Position numbers and translations under genes: made by a program. Shown in pieces: positions 37,747 through 41,349 of a stretch of DNA of 41,349 bases; positions within the stretch are counted from its first letter, which is position 1, and each line of letters opens with the position of its first letter. Source of the DNA: Solirubrobacterales bacterium (GTDB lineage: Bacteria; Actinomycetota; Thermoleophilia; Solirubrobacterales; 70-9); NCBI GenBank assembly GCA_036802505.1, contig DAIRWC010000001.1, positions 1 through 41,349 on the forward strand. Direction: 5' to 3'. The notes beneath the pieces were generated by a model. The model had not been told where the DNA came from. It saw only the letters and a list, made by a program, of their open reading frames with translations, and did no database searches.

Positions 37747-39342
37747 TCAGGTGAACTTGCCGAGCACGGTGCCGCGTCGGCGATTGCTGGGTTTGTAGGG
37801 CGGGGCGGTGCCGGGCACCCAGCCTTGCTGCCGGGCGCTTTTCCGTTTGCGCTTGACGGGGACGCGACGCTCCATGCAGACGTAGCGGAGCGCATCGGGC
37901 TTGTGGTCGTCTTTCTTGACCACCCCGAAGCTGCCGTCCTCCTTGGGCTTCTTGCGGTATTTCCGAAGCTGCCGGATCAGGCCGACGCACTTGGAGGAGA
38001 TCACGATCAGCGGGAAGGCTTTGCGGCCGCCCTCGCCGTCGTCGATGGTGTGGTTGAAGCGACGTTCGATCTCCATGCAGCCGGCCTCGAGATCGTTCTT
38101 GCCGTAGATCACAGGGATGCCGGCGGCGATCCATTGCTCGCCGACGCGCTCCCCGGAGCCCAGGTCCCTCGAGCGGGCGGCCGGGTCGATGATGTTGTAC
38201 TTGCAGACCGGCGCCAGGCCCCACCCCTCGCGGGTGTTGTTGATCCGTTCCGCGGCCGCTTCGGGGACGGCAGAGCGGCCCGACAGGGTGAGTTCGTCGT
38301 AGACGACGACGCGGCCGTGCTTGTCGATGCCGGTGAAGAGGATCGCCGTCTCGACCTGGCCGGGGTCGATCGTGTCGAGGTGTTCGAGGCCGCCGACGAG
38401 ATCCTTGTCGATCCACTCCTCGGGCACCACGTGCAGGCCACCGACCGCGGGCTCAAACGTCTCGTAGACCAAGCCTTTCGCGTTGGTGAAGGTGCCCTCC
38501 ACGACCGCGTCGCGCTGGTCGGCGCGGATGCCGGCGATCGCGTCTTCGCGGCCTTCCTCGGAGAGATGCGGGTTCTCGTAGATCGAAGCCTGCACCAAGA
38601 GCAGCCCGGCCTCCTCATTGAGCCAGGCCCGGTCGCCGAGCTCCTCGCCGTCTTCGACCGCCTGCTCGTAGATCTCGTCGAAGACCCAGCCGAGCCGTTC
38701 GGAGATCGGGGTGAAGCCCCAGAGCATGTCGCCGTGGTAGTCGGCGATCCGCATACGGGCCTGGGTGTAGATGCGTTCGCCCTCTTCGGTGTCGGGCGGC
38801 TCCTCGTCCCAGACGATGCGGTGACGCGCCGAGCCGCCGTGCTTGGAGCTCGGCTGTTCGGTGGTCATAAAGTCGAAGACCGACCCGTTGGCGAAGGCGA
38901 GGATGTGGTCCTTGTCCTTGTAGGCCGTCTCCCAGGACCCGCCCTTCAACTGCGACGGCGGCACCCACATCTGGATCGCCTCGACGAGCGATTGGAAGGG
39001 CTTGCCGTAGTCGGGGGTAATGAAGCGGCACTTGAACTTCGTCCCCTTCGGCCAGAGCCGGTAGGGCTTGAGGGAGTCGGGGATCTGATCGACGTCGATG
39101 GCTTGGATCAGGCAGTCGATCACGGTGGCCGTGGACTTGCCGGAGCGGTTGCCGCCGACGAAAGCCTTGGTCTTCACCCGGTGCTGGTGGAAGATCAGTT
39201 GCCGCTCGTGGGGGACGTAGCGGTAGAGGGGGTTTTCCTCGATCGACTCGTTGGCCTTGGAGAGCAGCTCTAGAACCTCGGGGTCCTCGAGCAGCGCCGG
39301 GTCGTCGACTTCGAGCTCGAGCCCCGCCGCGAGCTCAACCAT
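37747..39342 (-). CDS. terL: Terminase large subunit
   Basis: Walker A VGGNRSGKST, Walker B RIVWDEEP and a C-terminal nuclease-size domain. 531 aa. Confidence 0.85.
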   Translation of the reverse strand: MVELAAGLELEVDDPALLEDPEVLELLSKANESIEENPLYRYVPHERQLIFHQHRVKTKAFVGGNRSGKSTATVIDCLIQAIDVDQIPDSLKPYRLWPKGTKFKCRFITPDYGKPFQSLVEAIQMWVPPSQLKGGSWETAYKDKDHILAFANGSVFDFMTTEQPSSKHGGSARHRIVWDEEPPDTEEGERIYTQARMRIADYHGDMLWGFTPISERLGWVFDEIYEQAVEDGEELGDRAWLNEEAGLLLVQASIYENPHLSEEGREDAIAGIRADQRDAVVEGTFTNAKGLVYETFEPAVGGLHVVPEEWIDKDLVGGLEHLDTIDPGQVETAILFTGIDKHGRVVVYDELTLSGRSAVPEAAAERINNTREGWGLAPVCKYNIIDPAARSRDLGSGERVGEQWIAAGIPVIYGKNDLEAGCMEIERRFNHTIDDGEGGRKAFPLIVISSKCVGLIRQLRKYRKKPKEDGSFGVVKKDDHKPDALRYVCMERRVPVKRKRKSARQQGWVPGTAPPYKPSNRRRGTVLGKFT

Positions 39343-40147
39343 CGGCAGCCTTGGAGGGCAGGTCGATCACCGGGGGCGCCGCCGGCAACGCTGCTCGAGG
39401 GGCGCCCTGGCCGACCGCGAGCCGGATGCCCTTCGCCTCGAGCGCGCGCTGCAACTCGGGGAAGCTGTGCTCGACGCGGTCGGTCGCCTGGCCGGTGAGC
39501 AGTTGGAGCTTTTCGGTGGAGACGCCGCCCATGACGGCGGACTCGTGGAGCAGCTTCGCCAGTTCTTTGAAGCCGACTTCGGCGGCATCCCGGCGGACCC
39601 AGGCGGCCTTGATCTCGGCGACGATCTCACCGCGGCGCTTGTAGGCCCCGTTCAACTTGGCGACCACCATCGGATCGAGCTCGAGGTCGCCGGGGTTGGT
39701 GAGGATCTCCTCGATCAGGGAGTCGACGTCGGGCAGCTCGATCGTCGCGGCGAGCTCGCGCTGGTCGAGGTCGATCAGGGTGTTGATCTCGGCGAGGCGG
39801 CGCTCGGCGTCGGCGAGCTTCTCGTTGGCCTCGGCGAACTCGGCATCCTTGCGAGCGAGCGTCTCGCGGATGCGGCGCAGGATGTCCTCGGAGAGCTCGG
39901 TCGACGTCCGGGCGAGCCGGTGGTAGTCGTCGGCCATGCGGATGCGAACCTGCTGCTCGACTTCAAGGGAGATCTGCTGGTAGCGGTCGGCGTGGGTGTC
40001 GTAGGCCCAGCCGCGCAGGGTGCCAAACGGGACTTTGATCTCGGCCGACCGGAGGAGCTTCTCGGTCGGCTTCTGGCGGCCACCTTCGAGGGCGAAGGCC
40101 GCGAGCGCGAGGTCGATCTCTTTGGACGTGTAATCGCGCTTCGGCAT
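39335..40147 (-). CDS. Terminase small subunit candidate (270 aa)
   Basis: Lies immediately upstream of terL and overlaps it by 8 nt. Helical/coiled-coil sequence. AAGGAGGG SD. Confidence 0.45.
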   Translation of the reverse strand: MPKRDYTSKEIDLALAAFALEGGRQKPTEKLLRSAEIKVPFGTLRGWAYDTHADRYQQISLEVEQQVRIRMADDYHRLARTSTELSEDILRRIRETLARKDAEFAEANEKLADAERRLAEINTLIDLDQRELAATIELPDVDSLIEEILTNPGDLELDPMVVAKLNGAYKRRGEIVAEIKAAWVRRDAAEVGFKELAKLLHESAVMGGVSTEKLQLLTGQATDRVEHSFPELQRALEAKGIRLAVGQGAPRAALPAAPPVIDLPSKAADG

Positions 40148-40163
40148 CCACCCTCCTTTCGAT

Positions 40164-40424
40164 TCAGGTTTTGCGCACCCTCCTGGTCAGCTCGTCGAGA
40201 GCGTTGGCGCCGGGGGTGGTGGCCGGCGGATCGTCGAGGCCGAGGGCGATCCGGGTGAGCTCGGATTTGGTCGAGCCCGGCGGGATCTTCCGCTCGGGCA
40301 AGGTGACGCCGTCGCGGGCCATGCGCTCGATCGTCTCGAGGTCTGACTCGCGGACGCGGATCTTGAACTGGCGGTCGATCGGGTCGTCGGTCTGGGGACC
40401 GCGTTTGAGGGGGCCGAATGCCAT
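40164..40424 (-). CDS. Ribbon-helix-helix-like small protein (86 aa)
   Basis: Trimmed to ATG 40424. FKIRVRESDLETIERMA fits an RHH strand-helix start. Confidence 0.45.
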   Translation of the reverse strand: MAFGPLKRGPQTDDPIDRQFKIRVRESDLETIERMARDGVTLPERKIPPGSTKSELTRIALGLDDPPATTPGANALDELTRRVRKT

Positions 40425-40428
40425 CGGG

Positions 40429-40701
40429 CTACAGGGGGTCGGGCGGGTCGTCGTCGAAGGGCCACTCGTCGACGAGCTGGGAGGAGACGCCGCCGGCATC
40501 GCGGTCGAGGCCCTGAGCGTGTGCCGCGGCCGCCTCGACAGGCTCCCCGGCGTTGAGCATCTGCCGCCCGGTGCAAGCCCGGCTGTGGCGGCAGATCCCG
40601 CGCTCGTTCAAGTGGGTGCCGCCCGGCGAGGCCATCCCGCAATCTTTGCAGGGGGTCGGGTTGCAGTTGACGCAGGGGCAGTCTTCGGGGTGGTTGCTCA
40701 C
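40429..40701 (-). CDS. Cys-rich small protein (90 aa)
   Basis: GTG 40701 after GGAGG. Reads CPCVNCNPTPCKDCG...CRHSRAC. Confidence 0.5.
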   Translation of the reverse strand: MSNHPEDCPCVNCNPTPCKDCGMASPGGTHLNERGICRHSRACTGRQMLNAGEPVEAAAAHAQGLDRDAGGVSSQLVDEWPFDDDPPDPL

Positions 40702-40781
40702 AGCAAGACCTCCGCGAATAGGTGGACGATGTAGACGACGGAGCCGCCGAGGACGACCCCGTAGATCAATACCCACCTCAC
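40698..40781 (-). CDS. Hydrophobic micro-protein (27 aa), not listed as such in the ORF track
   Basis: GTGA overlaps at both ends. Product VRWVLIYGVVLGGSVVYIVHLFAEVLL, read codon by codon. Confidence 0.5.
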   Translation of the reverse strand: MRWVLIYGVVLGGSVVYIVHLFAEVLL

Positions 40782-40918
40782 AGCATCCTCCCCCTGCGCT
40801 CGAGGCGGCGGGTGAGCGCCGAGACGGGCTTGCGGGCGAGGCGCCAGGGAAGGGCGGTGACGCGGTCGTTGCGCATCATCCAGACCTCGACGTCGAAGAG
40901 CCAGCCCCAGCGATTCAC
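40778..40918 (-). CDS. Small basic protein (46 aa)
   Basis: GTG 40918 after GAGG. High GC3 from that point, poor GC3 upstream. Confidence 0.45.
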   Translation of the reverse strand: MNRWGWLFDVEVWMMRNDRVTALPWRLARKPVSALTRRLERRGRML

Positions 40919-40950
40919 GTGATCGCCTCGACACCGCGGACGACGCCGAC

Positions 40951-41037
40951 CTAGAAGAGGAGGTCGATCTCGAGCACGACGATCAGCCAGCACAGACCGC
41001 CGAGCACGTCGGCCCAATGCGGCTCTACCGCATCCAT
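40951..41037 (-). CDS. Hydrophobic micro-protein (28 aa), not in the ORF track
   Basis: ATG 41037 overlaps the end of the upstream gene by 13 nt. Product MDAVEPHWADVLGGLCWLIVVLEIDLLF. Confidence 0.4.
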   Translation of the reverse strand: MDAVEPHWADVLGGLCWLIVVLEIDLLF

Positions 41038-41207
41038 ACGCGCAGCCCTCCGACGTCCTGCGGCCGCGGCTGGCGATCGTCGCGGACGTCGGCCAGGTCG
41101 GCGATCGCGTCGACGCCGCAGAGGGCGATGAACTCGCGGAGCTTCTCTTGCCCCTTGGCGAAGCCGATCATTTCCCGGTCGATCTCGGCCTGCTTGTGCT
41201 CCGACAT
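41025..41207 (-). CDS. Hypothetical protein (60 aa)
   Basis: ATG 41207. Mostly G/C-ending codons. No clear SD. Confidence 0.45.
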   Translation of the reverse strand: MSEHKQAEIDREMIGFAKGQEKLREFIALCGVDAIADLADVRDDRQPRPQDVGGLRVWMR

Positions 41208-41220
41208 CGTCGGGTAGCTG

Positions 41221-41349
41221 TCAGGCTCGGAGATCGTCAGCGATCTGCCCGCGGAGTTCGCGGTAGAGCCGGTCGATCCGCTCGGCGTAGGTGGCGCCCT
41301 GCGGCGCGTCGATCCGGGATTCGATCCGAAGGACGCGCTGACGCTGCGC
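41221..41349 (-). CDS. Hypothetical protein, C-terminal fragment entering from the right edge
   Basis: The reverse frame reads AQRQRVLRIESRIDAPQGATYAERIDRLYRELRGQIADDLRA then a stop (TGA at 41221-41223). High GC3. Confidence 0.5.
   Translation of the reverse strand, partial: AQRQRVLRIESRIDAPQGATYAERIDRLYRELRGQIADDLRA

Larger units (their letters stand above)
1..41349. mobile_element. Temperate dsDNA phage / prophage segment (early, lysogeny, lysis, virion and packaging modules); both ends truncated
   Basis: Uninterrupted phage gene content: terminase, portal, scaffold, capsid, endolysins, integrase, DnaB, RusA, HNH. Genes are tightly packed with overlapping start/stop codons. No housekeeping genes seen. 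Confidence 0.9.

Noticed and set aside
41300-41349. A T-loop-like string (GGATCGAATCC on the reverse strand), and a similar GGTTCGAGG string near 781-800.
   Set aside because: Both lie inside well-supported coding frames, lack complementary flanking stems and lack an acceptor-like pairing. They were not counted as tRNA-like elements.
1-41349. The possibility that the window is a complete circularly permuted genome whose ends join within one gene.
   Set aside because: Joining position 1 to 41349 on the reverse strand puts the two partial ORFs out of frame, and the resulting frame has poor codon bias. The window is more likely an excerpt of a longer sequence.
1-41349. A search for reverse transcriptase (DGR or retron), CRISPR-Cas, transposase or IS elements, and rRNA genes.
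   Set aside because: No ORF showed RT (YxDD), transposase DDE or Cas signatures. No template and variable repeat pair or terminal inverted repeats were noticed. Nothing resembled rRNA.

Overview
The whole 41.3-kb window (about 68-70% GC by eye) reads as one contiguous temperate dsDNA phage or prophage segment. Both edges cut through reverse-strand genes and I saw no attL/attR. All calls come from reading the sequence and ORF track; no BLAST, HMM or folding was run, so family names are motif- and synteny-based.

Layout, left to right:
- 1-858: a reverse-strand gene with an internal frame change.
- 859-1420: a gene-free regulatory region.
- 1421-3820: a rightward operon of 7 small genes, punctuated by two tRNA-like minihelices.
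- 4001-4074: a non-canonical tRNA-like gene.
- 11501 down to 4364: a leftward early operon. It encodes a small HTH protein, a replication initiator with an internal ori-like repeat patch, DnaB helicase, an HNH endonuclease, a Cas4-like PD-(D/E)XK exonuclease, a Sak4-like ATPase and an SSB-like protein ending in DDIPF.
- 12912 down to 11635: a lysogeny block with a 201-aa catalytic-domain-only tyrosine integrase and three small genes, closed by a canonical terminator.
- 12998-14342: a divergent, apparently leaderless accessory operon.
- 14339-16306: small leftward units and an orphan DPPY DNA methyltransferase.
- >41349 down to 16412: one roughly 25-kb late operon. It encodes small and large terminase, portal, scaffold, major capsid, adaptor and tail proteins, four Arg/Gly-rich internal proteins (one of 1534 aa), a collagen-like protein split over two frames, two endolysin-like enzymes, a holin-like protein and RusA. 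A canonical terminator closes it. The gene order is podovirus-like, with no tape-measure and chaperone pair.

Most notable observations:
- Two covarying acceptor-stem plus T-arm minihelices each start on the G of an upstream TAG stop codon and are followed by a conserved leader.
- A GTGTACAC-N8-12-TAGGGT motif sits where three of the transcription units appear to start.
- Iteron-like repeats lie in an AT-rich patch inside the initiator gene.
- Forty uninterrupted GXY triplets need a 1-nt skip to be read through.
- Four unlisted hydrophobic micro-ORFs are translationally coupled to their neighbours.
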